Of a stretch of DNA of 64,000 nucleotides, positions 22,454 to 32,089 are shown piece by piece. Within the stretch, counting starts at the first letter, position 1. Every line of letters begins with the position of its first letter. Source of the DNA: Candidatus Eiseniibacteriota bacterium (GTDB taxonomy: Bacteria; Eisenbacteria; RBG-16-71-46; JABDJR01); NCBI GenBank assembly GCA_963783375.1, contig CAWANH010000029.1, forward strand, positions 1,280,001 to 1,344,000, read 5' to 3'. The notes under the pieces were generated by a model, which was given only the letters and a program-made list of their open reading frames with translations, had not been told where the DNA came from and ran no database searches. Both the position numbers and the translations under genes were made by a program.

Positions 22454-23095
22454 TCAGAGCGCCTCGAGCGTCTTCATGATCCCCGCCGCCCGCCGCTCCA
22501 CCGCCTCGAAGTCCCCTCGCCGCAGGTCCTCGGAAACGAAGAGCGATCCCACGAGCCCCACTCCGAACGCGCCCGCCCGAAGCACCGCGGCGAAGTTCTC
22601 CGGGGTGACCCCCGCGGTGGGGAGGATTCTCAGATCGGGGAACGGCCCCCGGATCTGGCTCACGTGGGTCGCGATATCCGCGGGCGCCGGGAAGAGCTTC
22701 ACCACCTCCGCTCCCGCCCGGATCGCGGTCTGCATTTCGGTCGGGGTGTAGGCGCCGGGCACGGCCACCGCGTCCAGAGCCGAGGCCTCGGCGATCACCC
22801 CCCGATCCACCACCGGCGACACCAGAAAGCGCGCCCCGGCCGCCGCCGCCGCCCGGGCCTCGCCCACGGTGAGCACCGTACCCGCCCCCACCAGCAGCTC
22901 GGGCTCGCGCGAGAACTCGCTCACCAGCTCCAGCGCTCCCGGGGTGGTCAGGGTGAACTCCACCATCCGTATGCCGCCCGCCACCGCCGCCCGCATGGCC
23001 CGCCGGGCGACTTCCGTATCCGGCCAGCGCAGTATCGCGCTCACCCGTCGCTCCCCCATCTCGGAGAGCGTCTTTTTCCACCTGGTTCCGCTCAT
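22454..23095 (-). CDS. eda: KDPG/KHG aldolase
   Basis: VEFTLTTP, VGAGTVL, GARFLVSP, TPTE, VKLFPA and PTAGV. Confidence 0.93.
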   Translation of the reverse strand: MSGTRWKKTLSEMGERRVSAILRWPDTEVARRAMRAAVAGGIRMVEFTLTTPGALELVSEFSREPELLVGAGTVLTVGEARAAAAAGARFLVSPVVDRGVIAEASALDAVAVPGAYTPTEMQTAIRAGAEVVKLFPAPADIATHVSQIRGPFPDLRILPTAGVTPENFAAVLRAGAFGVGLVGSLFVSEDLRRGDFEAVERRAAGIMKTLEAL

Positions 23096-23204
23096 GAGAC
23101 CTCCTCCGGTCCCCCCGGATGATCCACCTTGGAATTCGGGCTCCTACGATGCATACTGGGGAAGAATCCCCGCCAAGCCTCGGTCGTTATCGGGAGCCGG
23201 GCCC

Positions 23205-24257
23205 ATGGACTGGAAGACCTTCTATCGCGACGAGATATCGAGCCCCGAGGGACGCGCCCGCATCCGCGAGTGCTTCGAGACGTTGCCGGGGTACGACGAG
23301 GATATCGATCGGATCCTTCGCGACCGGGGCGTGCTTTCCTTTCCCCATACCTCCGTCTTCTACTCCGGCGGCGCCATCGCCCGGGTGGTGGCGGGACTGT
23401 ACCGAAACCGGATCAACAAGGTCATCGCGCTCGGCGTCCTGCACGGGGCCGCTCTCCCCCAACCCTACCGGGACAGCTACCGCGAGTATATCCGCCGCAT
23501 GACCGGCGCCGTTCCCGCCGAGGGCGACGCGGAAGCCTGGGACATGTTTCACCGGCTCAAGGGGGGGTTCGTCCCTCCCGGAGCCATCCGCACGGTGTTC
23601 GGTGAGCTTTCCTGCCCCATTCTCGGCCAGATCCCCGAGGGCATCGTGACCGAGGACGCCGACATCCTCCGAAACGAGTTTTCCCTCGATCTCTTTCTCG
23701 ATCTCATCGCGTTTCACGGGCAGGAGATCGGGTCGGCGCCGCCGGCCGTGGTCCCCCTGTACGTCGGCCTCACCCGGGATCCCTCCGGTTCCTACGAGAC
23801 CGCGTCGAAGCTCGCCGCCTGCATCGCCCACCGGTGCGACGAGCGGACGGCGGTGGTGGCCACCGGCGACCTGGTCCACTACGGTAACGCCTACTGCGGC
23901 GCCGAGGAAATGCGGCGCCTTCCCGCGGACCTGCGGAGCCTCACCCCGCACTTCCTCTCCCAGGTGCGGGATGTGCTGTCCCTGGGACTTTCCCGGCGCG
24001 ACTACGACGCCTTCCACGACGCCTCCACGCGGGTGTTGAAGAGCGATCAGTGGAATGTGTTGCCGGTGGTGGCCGAATTCCTGGGGGTGGGCGCGGAGTT
24101 CGAGATCCTCTCCTTCGCCCTCTCGGACTACGCCTCGATCCTGGGGGTGGCTCCACCGTGCCTGGTGGCCTCCACCCTCGCCGCCTTCCTTCCTCCCGAT
24201 CTCCCCGGAGGAGACGGGGAATCCACCCGCCCCGACGCCGGGGCCTATCTCACCTGA
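23205..24257 (+). CDS. Divergent MEMO1 / AmmeMemoRadiSam protein B-like protein
   Basis: SFPHTSVFYSG (cf. PHAG..YSG), GVLH, NEFSLD (cf. EHSIE) and ATGDLVHYG (cf. SSDxSHYG). Confidence 0.6.
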   Translation: MDWKTFYRDEISSPEGRARIRECFETLPGYDEDIDRILRDRGVLSFPHTSVFYSGGAIARVVAGLYRNRINKVIALGVLHGAALPQPYRDSYREYIRRMTGAVPAEGDAEAWDMFHRLKGGFVPPGAIRTVFGELSCPILGQIPEGIVTEDADILRNEFSLDLFLDLIAFHGQEIGSAPPAVVPLYVGLTRDPSGSYETASKLAACIAHRCDERTAVVATGDLVHYGNAYCGAEEMRRLPADLRSLTPHFLSQVRDVLSLGLSRRDYDAFHDASTRVLKSDQWNVLPVVAEFLGVGAEFEILSFALSDYASILGVAPPCLVASTLAAFLPPDLPGGDGESTRPDAGAYLT

Positions 24258-25032
24258 GCCCGGCGCCCCGTCCCAGCGACTGCGCCAACCGTAGCGCCCG
24301 CAACATCTCGTAGCGCTCGAGATGGGCCTGCAGGAAGGGCTCCATCACCCGGCCCACCGCCGCCGTCGCCGCCGCCTCGGGCGGGGCTTCGGCAATGTCG
24401 GCCAGGGTGGCGGTGAGAAGCCGGCGCAGGAGCCCGAGGGTCGGCCCGCCCAGATCCATCGCCCCCGGCACCCTCGCCGCGCAATCCGGGCAGAGAACGC
24501 CGCCCAGGAGGGCGGAGAACCCGATTTCCACCCCGTCCTCGACCGAGCCCTGGCACTCCACGCAGGCGTAGAGTTCGGGCCGGTGCCCGAGGAACGAGAC
24601 CGCCTTGAGCTCGAAGGCGCGAAAGACGGCGAGAAGCGCCCCCCGGTCCGCTTCCTCCAGCACCTCCAGGGTGCGCTGGGAGAGCGGGTAGAGGCGCCCC
24701 GGCGGCTCCTGTCCGGCCAGAACCTTCAGCAGGAACTCCAGCACCGCGACCCCGAACGCGTACCGCTCGGAGTCGTCGCAGAGCCCGAGATGGGGATCCA
24801 GGAGGGTGGCCTGGGAGAGGAGCTGAAGCTCCCGGGAGTCCTTCTGGTAGTAGACCACGTCGATCGAGGCGAAGAGCTCCATGGCGGCACCGAACCGGGG
24901 CTTGGCCGACCGCACCCCCTTGGCCAGGAGCGAGACCACCCCTTGCTCGGCGGTGTAGACGGTGAGGATCTTGCTGGTATCCCGGAAGGGGATGACCCGA
25001 AGGACGAGGGCCTCGCTCTTCTCGATGGCCAT
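24250..25032 (-). CDS. recO: DNA repair protein RecO
   Basis: ALVLRVIPFRDTSKI, LAKGVR, and zinc-finger Cys pairs CVEC / CPDC. Confidence 0.95.
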   Translation of the reverse strand: MAIEKSEALVLRVIPFRDTSKILTVYTAEQGVVSLLAKGVRSAKPRFGAAMELFASIDVVYYQKDSRELQLLSQATLLDPHLGLCDDSERYAFGVAVLEFLLKVLAGQEPPGRLYPLSQRTLEVLEEADRGALLAVFRAFELKAVSFLGHRPELYACVECQGSVEDGVEIGFSALLGGVLCPDCAARVPGAMDLGGPTLGLLRRLLTATLADIAEAPPEAAATAAVGRVMEPFLQAHLERYEMLRALRLAQSLGRGAGLR

Positions 25033-25038
25033 TGAGTC

Positions 25039-25815
25039 CTAGCGATCCTCTCCCGTGCCTTCTCCGATCTCCTCGCCGGCGTCGCCCCTCCGGCCGAACG
25101 GGTTCCGATTCCACCAACCGCGGCCCCGGCCCGGCGGCAGGTCGGGCAGGTTTCCGGACCCCATCCCCCGTCCGTCTTCCGGCACGAACGCCCCGCCGGA
25201 GATCACCATCTTGAGCCCCTCTTCCACCGTCATGTTCAGGCGGACGATGTCGTCCTCGGGGACCACCAGAAGGAACCCCGAGGTCGGGTTCGGGGTGGTG
25301 GGAAGGAACACCGACCGCACCCGGCGCCCGATCGTGGCCTGGATCTCGGTCCCCGGGACCTCGGTCAGGAAGACCAGGCACCAGAGGCCCTTCCGCGGAT
25401 ACTCGATCAACCCCACCGCCCGGAACACGCTCCGCCTGCTGGAGAGGAGGGCCGAGGCGATCTCCTTGACCGCAACGTAGATCTTGTTGAAGAGCGGGAT
25501 GCGGGTGAGGAGCTGGTCCCAGATCCGGTAGAACCGCCGCCCCACGTAGTTGTTGACCACCACCCCCACGAAGAGCACCAACAGGACCACGGTGATGAGA
25601 CCGGCCCCGGGAATCCCCCCCGGCCGCACCCAGCCGAAGCGGATGTCGTCCCACAACAGGCCGTCCACCCAGGCCAGGAGCCGGTAGAGCACCCACGCCG
25701 CCACCGCCGCCGGGGTCACCACCAGCACCCCGGTCAGGAAATGACGCCGGAGCCTCGCCCCCGCTTTCTCCGGCGAGCGGCCGACGGATTTGTCCGATCC
25801 CGGGTTCGTGCTCAC
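25039..25815 (-). CDS. DUF502 membrane protein
   Basis: FLTGVLVVTP, RIPLFNKIY, IEYPRKG, FLPTTPNPTSGF and VISGG. GTG start overlaps the upstream stop. Confidence 0.92.
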   Translation of the reverse strand: MSTNPGSDKSVGRSPEKAGARLRRHFLTGVLVVTPAAVAAWVLYRLLAWVDGLLWDDIRFGWVRPGGIPGAGLITVVLLVLFVGVVVNNYVGRRFYRIWDQLLTRIPLFNKIYVAVKEIASALLSSRRSVFRAVGLIEYPRKGLWCLVFLTEVPGTEIQATIGRRVRSVFLPTTPNPTSGFLLVVPEDDIVRLNMTVEEGLKMVISGGAFVPEDGRGMGSGNLPDLPPGRGRGWWNRNPFGRRGDAGEEIGEGTGEDR

Positions 25816-27014
25816 GATGGCTCTCCTGCCTTCTCCTTGTCGATCAGGGTGAGGCGCAACGCGTTGATCCGCTGGGGCTCGGCCTGGGCGACCTCCAGCC
25901 ACACGCCGTCCACCTGGAGGCGCTCGCCCGGTCGGGGGACACGTTCCAGGTGATCCAGCATCAGGCCGGCCACCGTGTCGTACTCCCCCTCCTCCAGATC
26001 CAGGTCCAGCGCCTCGTTCAGATCGTCCACCCGCATGGCCGCGTCCACCCAGTACACCCCGGGCTCCAGCCTCCGCAGCTCGACTTCCTCCTCGACATCC
26101 AGCTCGTCGCCGATTTCCCCCACCAGCTCTTCCAGGAGGTCCTCCACCGTGATCACCCCGGCCACCCCGCCGTACTCGTCCACCACCACCGCCATCTGAT
26201 TGTAGGTGACCTGAAGTTCCCGGAGAAGGGTGCCCGCCGGTTTGGTGGCGTTGGTGAAATACGGCTCGTGGGCCAGGGATCCGGCGGTCGCCTCGGGACC
26301 CGCGCTCAGAAGATCGAACACGTGAAGCACCCCCACCACCGCGTCCGGCGACTCGCGATGGACCGGGTAGCGCGAATACCCTTCCCGGGCCACAAGCTCC
26401 AGCATCTCCGGGATGCGCGCCTCGGCGGGAATTCCCACCACCTCTTCGCGCGGCACCATGACGTCCTCCACCAGGGCTTCGCCGAACTCGTGGAGGGTGG
26501 TGAGGAGGTTCCCCTCCTCGTCGTCGCCGGTGTCGCCGGTGAGCCAGCGAAGCTCGTGGTCCAGCTCCACCACCCGCTCCCCCGCGGAGAGGACGCGATC
26601 CACTCCCGGTACCTTCTGCCAGGTGACCAGGGCCCACCGGAGCGGATGGGCCAGCACCTGGAGCGGCCGGAAGAGCATGCGGCCGGCCAGCCCCAGGGGG
26701 CTCCGCCAGTGGACCGCGGAGAGCCCGGCGCCACCCAGCGCCCAGAGCGCGGCGATCACGAACGCCGCGGGCAGGGGATACCGCTCGGGCGCGACGGCCG
26801 ACGCCCCGGCCAGGCCCACCAACGCCCCCGACACCAGAAACCGGCCCAGAAGCCGCGCCTGTCGCGCCGAACGCGCGAACTCGCGGCACGCCGCCTCCTC
26901 CTCGTCGCTCTCCATCCGGTCCAGGGCGTTCCGGCCGAACCACACCGCGGCCTCCTCGAGGAGGGCCGCCGCCACGAAGAGCGCCGCAATCGCCGCCCAG
27001 GGGAGAGCGTTCAC
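25812..27014 (-). CDS. Hemolysin/CorC-family protein (TM + CBS pair + CorC_HlyC)
   Basis: VEDVMVPR, YSRYPV, AVVVDEYGG, TVEDLLEELVGEI and YDTVAG. Confidence 0.9.
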   Translation of the reverse strand: MNALPWAAIAALFVAAALLEEAAVWFGRNALDRMESDEEEAACREFARSARQARLLGRFLVSGALVGLAGASAVAPERYPLPAAFVIAALWALGGAGLSAVHWRSPLGLAGRMLFRPLQVLAHPLRWALVTWQKVPGVDRVLSAGERVVELDHELRWLTGDTGDDEEGNLLTTLHEFGEALVEDVMVPREEVVGIPAEARIPEMLELVAREGYSRYPVHRESPDAVVGVLHVFDLLSAGPEATAGSLAHEPYFTNATKPAGTLLRELQVTYNQMAVVVDEYGGVAGVITVEDLLEELVGEIGDELDVEEEVELRRLEPGVYWVDAAMRVDDLNEALDLDLEEGEYDTVAGLMLDHLERVPRPGERLQVDGVWLEVAQAEPQRINALRLTLIDKEKAGEPS

Positions 27015-28033
27015 TTCGCGCCCCGTTCGCGCTCGTCGTGGAGCTCTCCCACGATCTCCTCCAGCACGTCCTCCATGGTGACGATCCCGACCTGGCGCCC
27101 CAGGACGTCGACCACCACCGCCAGGTGAGTCCGTCCCTCCTGCAATTCGTCGAGCAGATCGGCCACGGTCTCCTCACCGCGCACGAAATACACCGGGCGC
27201 AACAGCGCGCCCACCGAGGCCCCGGGAGGAGTCGCGTCGTGGATCCGGGTGAGGAGGTCCTTCACGGTGACCAGCCCCACCACGTTCCCCTCGCCGGGCG
27301 CGCCGCCGTCCTCCCGGGCTCCGACCGCGGGGAGCCGGCTGTGTCCGGAAGCGCGGACCCGGTCCGCCGCCTCGGAAGCCGAGGCGTCGGCCTGGATGCG
27401 ATCCACCGCGTCCCAGGGCGTCATGATGTCCCCCACCACGATGGTGGTGCTGGCCAGAAGCCGTCTGAGCAGCCGTCGCTCCTCCCGGCCGAGCCGGCCG
27501 CCCGCGCCGGTCAGCGCGGCCCGGGATTCGACCTGGACCAGGCTGGGGGAACCCGTGTCTTCCTCGTCGGGGGCGCGGAGCTTGAGCAGGGGCCGCACCG
27601 CCCGCGCCACCGGGAGGGTCAGCCGCGCCCACGCCGCATAGAGAGCGCCGGCCCGGAGGCGGGCGGCCCGTCGCACCACCGAGGAACCGCCGGTGGCCTC
27701 GGCGGTGGCGGTCAGGAACCACCCCACGACCCACGCCCCCACCAGCCACTCCCAGGGACGACCCAGGACCGCGGTGGCCAGGCACAGGGGCACGAAGGCC
27801 GCGGAGAAGAACCTCGAGAAGCGCAAACGGAGACCCAGGGTCACCGGCTCGTCCTGGAGTCGCCGGAGAAGCGCCCCCACCGCATAGTCGGGTTCCACCT
27901 CCCCGCGTTTCTCCAGCCGCACGAGGTCGTACCGTAGCCCCGCCGCGGTGGCTCCCACCCACCACACCGCCGCCGCCGCACCCACCCAGAGCGTGAACCA
28001 AACGGGAAGGGAGACGCCGGCCACCGAGTTCAC
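27011..28033 (-). CDS. Membrane CBS-pair protein (CNNM/CorC-like, without the CorC_HlyC domain)
   Basis: DIMTPW, GHSRLP, LAVVVD and TMEDVLEEIVGELHDE. Confidence 0.85.
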   Translation of the reverse strand: MNSVAGVSLPVWFTLWVGAAAAVWWVGATAAGLRYDLVRLEKRGEVEPDYAVGALLRRLQDEPVTLGLRLRFSRFFSAAFVPLCLATAVLGRPWEWLVGAWVVGWFLTATAEATGGSSVVRRAARLRAGALYAAWARLTLPVARAVRPLLKLRAPDEEDTGSPSLVQVESRAALTGAGGRLGREERRLLRRLLASTTIVVGDIMTPWDAVDRIQADASASEAADRVRASGHSRLPAVGAREDGGAPGEGNVVGLVTVKDLLTRIHDATPPGASVGALLRPVYFVRGEETVADLLDELQEGRTHLAVVVDVLGRQVGIVTMEDVLEEIVGELHDERERGAK

Positions 28034-28479
28034 GCCCGCCCCTCCTCCCGCACCAGGGTGCCGGGGACGTAGCCGGTCAGCGCCCGGCGCTCCGCCGCCT
28101 TCATCCGGCGCCCTTCCACGGAGGTGTGATGGTCGTGGCCCAGGAGGTGGAGGATGCCATGGGCGATGAGCCGGGCCAGTTCGGACTCGAAGTCGTTGTG
28201 GAAGCGCGGGGCCTGCTCGCGCGCCCGCTCCACCGAGATGACGACGTCGCCGAGATAGTCGGGATCGTCCAGGGGGAAGGCCAGAACGTCGGTGGGCCGG
28301 TCCAGGCCGCGAAATCGAGCGTTCAGCTCGCGCACCTCCCGGTCGCCGGTCAGAACCAGGGTGACCGCACCCTCCCGAACCCCCTCCTCGCGGAGCAGGG
28401 TCCGGGCGAATCGCTTCACTCCGACCGGGTCAACCGCGATCGGTACTCCCCGCCGTCTCAGATGGACGCGCAAACCCAT
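28030..28479 (-). CDS. ybeY: rRNA maturation endoribonuclease YbeY
   Basis: PTDVLAF, LGDVVIS and HGILHLLGHDH. Confidence 0.96.
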   Translation of the reverse strand: MGLRVHLRRRGVPIAVDPVGVKRFARTLLREEGVREGAVTLVLTGDREVRELNARFRGLDRPTDVLAFPLDDPDYLGDVVISVERAREQAPRFHNDFESELARLIAHGILHLLGHDHHTSVEGRRMKAAERRALTGYVPGTLVREEGRA

Positions 28480-30745
28480 GCGCCGCCTCCCGCATGCCGA
28501 TGCCGGTCTCGAGCTCGGGGTGGAAGACGCGCTGTTCGCCGCCCTCCAGCGCCGCCTCGCCCCCGGCCATCTGCCACTGGTACTTGACCCGGCCGTGGTA
28601 GACCCCGGTGAGAACGTGGGTGAAGGCATCGCGGATCTTGGCCAGGTTCGCCATGGTGAGCCCGCACTCGTCGAGCTGGCCGTCGGAGATCCTGGCCTCG
28701 AAGAGGCGCGCCAGCACCGCACGGATCCGGTTCGGCGTGTGCTCGTCCAGGGACCGCACGGTGGCCTCGGCGGCGTCCGCCAGCATGACGATCGCCGTTT
28801 CCTTGGACTGCGGCCGGGGTCCGGGATAGCGGTAATCCCGCTCGTCCACTTCCGGATCCAGCTCCAGCGCCTTGTTATAGAAGTACTGCATCAGGGTCGT
28901 GCCCTGGTGCTCCGGAATGAAGGCCGCCACCCGGTTGGGAAGCCCCACCTCCCGCGCCACCTCGAGTCCCTCTCGCACATGGGATTCCAGGATGAGGCTG
29001 GACATGGTGGGGGTGAGCTTCTCGTGGGGATTACGCATCCCCTTGTGCATGTTCTCCCCGAAGTAGCCCGACTTGGCGATCTTTCCGATGTCGTGGTAGT
29101 AGCCCCCTACCCGGGCCAGGAGCGGGTTGGCCCCCACCGCCTCCGCCGCCGCCTCGCCCAGCGATCCCACCACCATGCTGTGGTGGTAGGTGCCGTTGGC
29201 CTCGATCATCATTCGCTTGAAGATCGGCCGGTTGAGGTCGGAGAGTTCCAGGAGGGTGATGTTCGATGCGAGATGGAAGACCCGCTCGAAGAGAGGTAGC
29301 AGGAACATGGCCACCGCGATCGAGAACGCGGCGTTGGCGCTGGTCCAACCCATCTCGGTCAGGATGCTGGAGCCCGGAACCCCCGACCCCACCAGGGTGA
29401 TTCCGGTGAGGATGGCCGCCATGCCCACCCCGATGGGGATGATCGAGCGCAGGAACTCCAGCCGCTGGAACACGCTTCGGACCGCGTAGACCGCGATCAC
29501 CCCGCCCACCGCGCCCACCAGGGTCACCGGCAGCCCCCACCCGGTGACCGACCCGATGATCACCGAGAGCGCGGCCACCACCGCCAGCCCCACGATCTCC
29601 CCGATCAGCAGGGTGACCAGGACCGCGGCCATGGGAATAGGGACCATGAAGGGATGGAGATCGGGGGCCCGGGCCACCACGCCTCCCAGCCCCAGGGTCA
29701 GGATCGACACGATGGCCACCACGGTCAGGAGTCCGAGGTCGTCCCAGACCTCGCGACGCGCGGTGCGGAGGAACATGACGAACAGGGTCACCACCACCGC
29801 CAGGAGGAGCAATCGACCCAGCAGCGGCAACAACCAGCTCACCAAGCCGCCTCCCGCCCCCCGCTCCACCAGGGTCTGACGCAACGCCTCCAGGATCCGC
29901 ACGGTGTCGCGGGTGATGCGCTCGTGGGCGTCCACGATCCGCTCCCCCTTCTGGATGGACGTGCGGTTCGGCGAAACCGAGGCCCGGGCCACCACCCGGT
30001 CGGCATCGGTGGCCGCCGGATCGTAGCTCAGGTTGGGCCGGGCGACCGCCCGCACCAGATCGGTCAGTGCGGTGCCTCCCGCCGGCCCCAGCGCTCCCGT
30101 TCCCCGCTCCGAAGTCAACGAGGCAAGCCGTCGCGGATCGAGGATGTCGGTGGTGGAGACCACCTCCTCTCCTTGACCGGTGCTCAATCGGATCCGGTTG
30201 TATCCGTCCAGGAGCCCCGCGTCCTCCGCGCCCACCAGCCCCCGCCGGTGGACTTCGGTCAGCACGCGGGCTCCCTCGCGGATCAACACCGCCCCCGAGT
30301 CCGCCGCGGCCAGCATCCGGATCGTCGCCGGGGATAGGGCCACTCCCGCCGAGTCCAGGAACCGGTTCACGCGGGCGCGGTTTCGGCGAATCCTGCCCAG
30401 GCGCGCAAGCCCGCGCTCGTCCGCCGAAGCCCCGGTCTCGCGGGTGAACACCGGGAGGACGGATTCCGCAGCCCTGGCCCGCTCCCGCTCCACCTCGTCC
30501 TGGGCCTTCGGCACTTCGAAGGTGAACGGCGCGATGATCTCTTCGGGCGCCACCGTCCCTTCCAGGTAGGTGGGCGGCATCGTGCTCACCGAAAGCGGAA
30601 AGGCGAACACGGTGGCGGCAAGGATCAAGGCGCCCAGGAGTGCCCGGACCAGGATCCGCGTGCGCAGACTGGTGGGGCGTCTCTCGTGGGCGAGTTGAAC
30701 CCGGCGCCGGCGGCGCCGGAACGGAAGATGTGGGGAGAACGCCAT
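28430..30745 (-). CDS. 7TM-HD (HDIG) phosphohydrolase, PgpH-like c-di-AMP phosphodiesterase
   Basis: Extracytoplasmic domain, 7TM region, GTYHHS, YYHDIGK, EHQGT, YRYPGPRP and MLAD; phoH-ybeY context. Confidence 0.9.
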   Translation of the reverse strand: MAFSPHLPFRRRRRRVQLAHERRPTSLRTRILVRALLGALILAATVFAFPLSVSTMPPTYLEGTVAPEEIIAPFTFEVPKAQDEVERERARAAESVLPVFTRETGASADERGLARLGRIRRNRARVNRFLDSAGVALSPATIRMLAAADSGAVLIREGARVLTEVHRRGLVGAEDAGLLDGYNRIRLSTGQGEEVVSTTDILDPRRLASLTSERGTGALGPAGGTALTDLVRAVARPNLSYDPAATDADRVVARASVSPNRTSIQKGERIVDAHERITRDTVRILEALRQTLVERGAGGGLVSWLLPLLGRLLLLAVVVTLFVMFLRTARREVWDDLGLLTVVAIVSILTLGLGGVVARAPDLHPFMVPIPMAAVLVTLLIGEIVGLAVVAALSVIIGSVTGWGLPVTLVGAVGGVIAVYAVRSVFQRLEFLRSIIPIGVGMAAILTGITLVGSGVPGSSILTEMGWTSANAAFSIAVAMFLLPLFERVFHLASNITLLELSDLNRPIFKRMMIEANGTYHHSMVVGSLGEAAAEAVGANPLLARVGGYYHDIGKIAKSGYFGENMHKGMRNPHEKLTPTMSSLILESHVREGLEVAREVGLPNRVAAFIPEHQGTTLMQYFYNKALELDPEVDERDYRYPGPRPQSKETAIVMLADAAEATVRSLDEHTPNRIRAVLARLFEARISDGQLDECGLTMANLAKIRDAFTHVLTGVYHGRVKYQWQMAGGEAALEGGEQRVFHPELETGIGMREAAHGFARPSETAGSTDRG

Positions 30746-30746
30746 C

Positions 30747-31733
30747 TCAGGCCGGCTCCTTCCGGTCCCCGGAGCCGTTCTCCGCGGCCTCGTAGATCTC
30801 GAACGCCTCCAGGATGGCCCTCACCAGGCGATGCCGGACCACGTCCCGGGGATGGAACTGCACGAAGGAAATCCCCTCGGTGTCCCGGAGGATCTCCCTC
30901 ACCCGCACCAGGCCGCTATCCGCCGGATCGACGAGATCCACCTGGGTCACGTCGCCGGTGATGACCGCGCGCGACCGGGCCCCCAGCCGGGTGAGGAACA
31001 TCTTCATCTGCTTCAGGGTGGTGTTCTGGGCCTCGTCCAGGACCACGAAGGCCCGCGACAGCGTCCGCCCCCGCATGTAGGCCAGGGGAGCGATCTCCAG
31101 CACCCCCAGATCCTGGTAGCGCTTGATCTTCTCGAACGGGATGAAATCGCGGAGCGCGTCGTAGAGGGGGCGCAGATAGGGGTCGATCTTCTCCTCGAAG
31201 GTGCCGGGCAGAAAACCCAGCTTCTCTCCCGCCTCCACCGCGGGGCGGGTGAGGATGATGCGCTCGACCTTGCGGGCCTTGAGGGCCTGGACGGCCATGG
31301 CCACCGCGAGATAGGTCTTCCCGGTTCCCGCGGGGCCGATCCCGAACACCACGTCGTGGGCCCGGATGGCCTCCACGTAGTCGATCTGACCCTTGGACTT
31401 GAGATGCACCCGGCCCCGCTCGAAGACCAGCTCCTCACCCCGGGACTGGGAGACCGCATCCGGCCCCTCCTCGGCCACCAGTGCGGTCAGGTAGTCCACG
31501 TCGCGGCGATCCACGACCTGGCCCCCGGCCACGCGCTCCGCCAGCTCGCGCACCACCCGGGCCGCGTGTTCGACGTTGGGGAGAGGGCCGGAGAGGCTCA
31601 GGGTCTGGCCCTTGAGGACCGAGGACACCTGAAATTGCTCCTCGAGGTGACGGAGGGTGGTGTCCTTCTCCCCGAACAGGGCCAAGGGTTCGATTCGGCT
31701 CAGATCGACGTTGACCGTATTCGCTCTGTCCAT
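30747..31733 (-). CDS. phoH: PhoH family ATPase
   Basis: GPAGTGKT, RPAVEAGEKLGFLPG, LAYMRGRT, DEAQN and GDVTQVD. Start could be 31748. Confidence 0.95.
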   Translation of the reverse strand: MDRANTVNVDLSRIEPLALFGEKDTTLRHLEEQFQVSSVLKGQTLSLSGPLPNVEHAARVVRELAERVAGGQVVDRRDVDYLTALVAEEGPDAVSQSRGEELVFERGRVHLKSKGQIDYVEAIRAHDVVFGIGPAGTGKTYLAVAMAVQALKARKVERIILTRPAVEAGEKLGFLPGTFEEKIDPYLRPLYDALRDFIPFEKIKRYQDLGVLEIAPLAYMRGRTLSRAFVVLDEAQNTTLKQMKMFLTRLGARSRAVITGDVTQVDLVDPADSGLVRVREILRDTEGISFVQFHPRDVVRHRLVRAILEAFEIYEAAENGSGDRKEPA

Positions 31734-31789
31734 GGTGCGGGGCTTCACGGACCCTGGGGTCCACCGTCCCCTGATTCATCCCTCCATGC

Positions 31790-31863
31790 TGGCTGGGGAG
31801 CAAGGGCTCGAACCTTGATTCTCGGCTCCAAAGGCCGATGTCCTACCGTTGGACGACTCCCCA
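31790..31863 (-). tRNA. tRNA-Gln (anticodon TTG)
   Basis: TGGGGAG acceptor stem pairs with CTCCCCA; anticodon arm TCGGC-CT-TTG-GA-GCCGA; T-loop TTCGAG; encoded 3' CCA. Confidence 0.97.
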
Positions 31864-31985
31864 CCGACGTGCGGGGGGCGGCGGCGGGCTCGACCCCGGC
31901 CGTCCAACGCTCCCGGCGCGCCGGGATTGCCCCCAAGAAATCCGCCCCAAAAATCAAATGGGTCCCCGCCGGAACCCACGACTAG

Positions 31986-32014
31986 ACGCTACCATCGACC
32001 CGTCGGGGTGTCAA
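31986..32014 (-). promoter_or_regulatory. Putative sigma70 promoter for tRNA-Gln and the phoH operon
   Basis: TTGACA-17 nt-TAGCGT, with TG upstream of the -10 element. Confidence 0.6.
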
Positions 32015-32089
32015 CTTTACCGCGGGAGCACGGATTCAGTAACTCGCTATATTGCAATTGGTTGCCAGCCCGTCTCCGCGGGGCGCCCC

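Noticed and set aside
31749-31863. Genomic island integrated at tRNA-Gln
   Set aside because: No integrase or duplicated tRNA 3' end was seen, and phoH follows directly.
32053-32067. Sigma54-like motif TGGCAACCAATTGCA upstream of tRNA-Gln
   Set aside because: Spacing is GG-N9-GC rather than N10, and a good sigma70 promoter lies just downstream.
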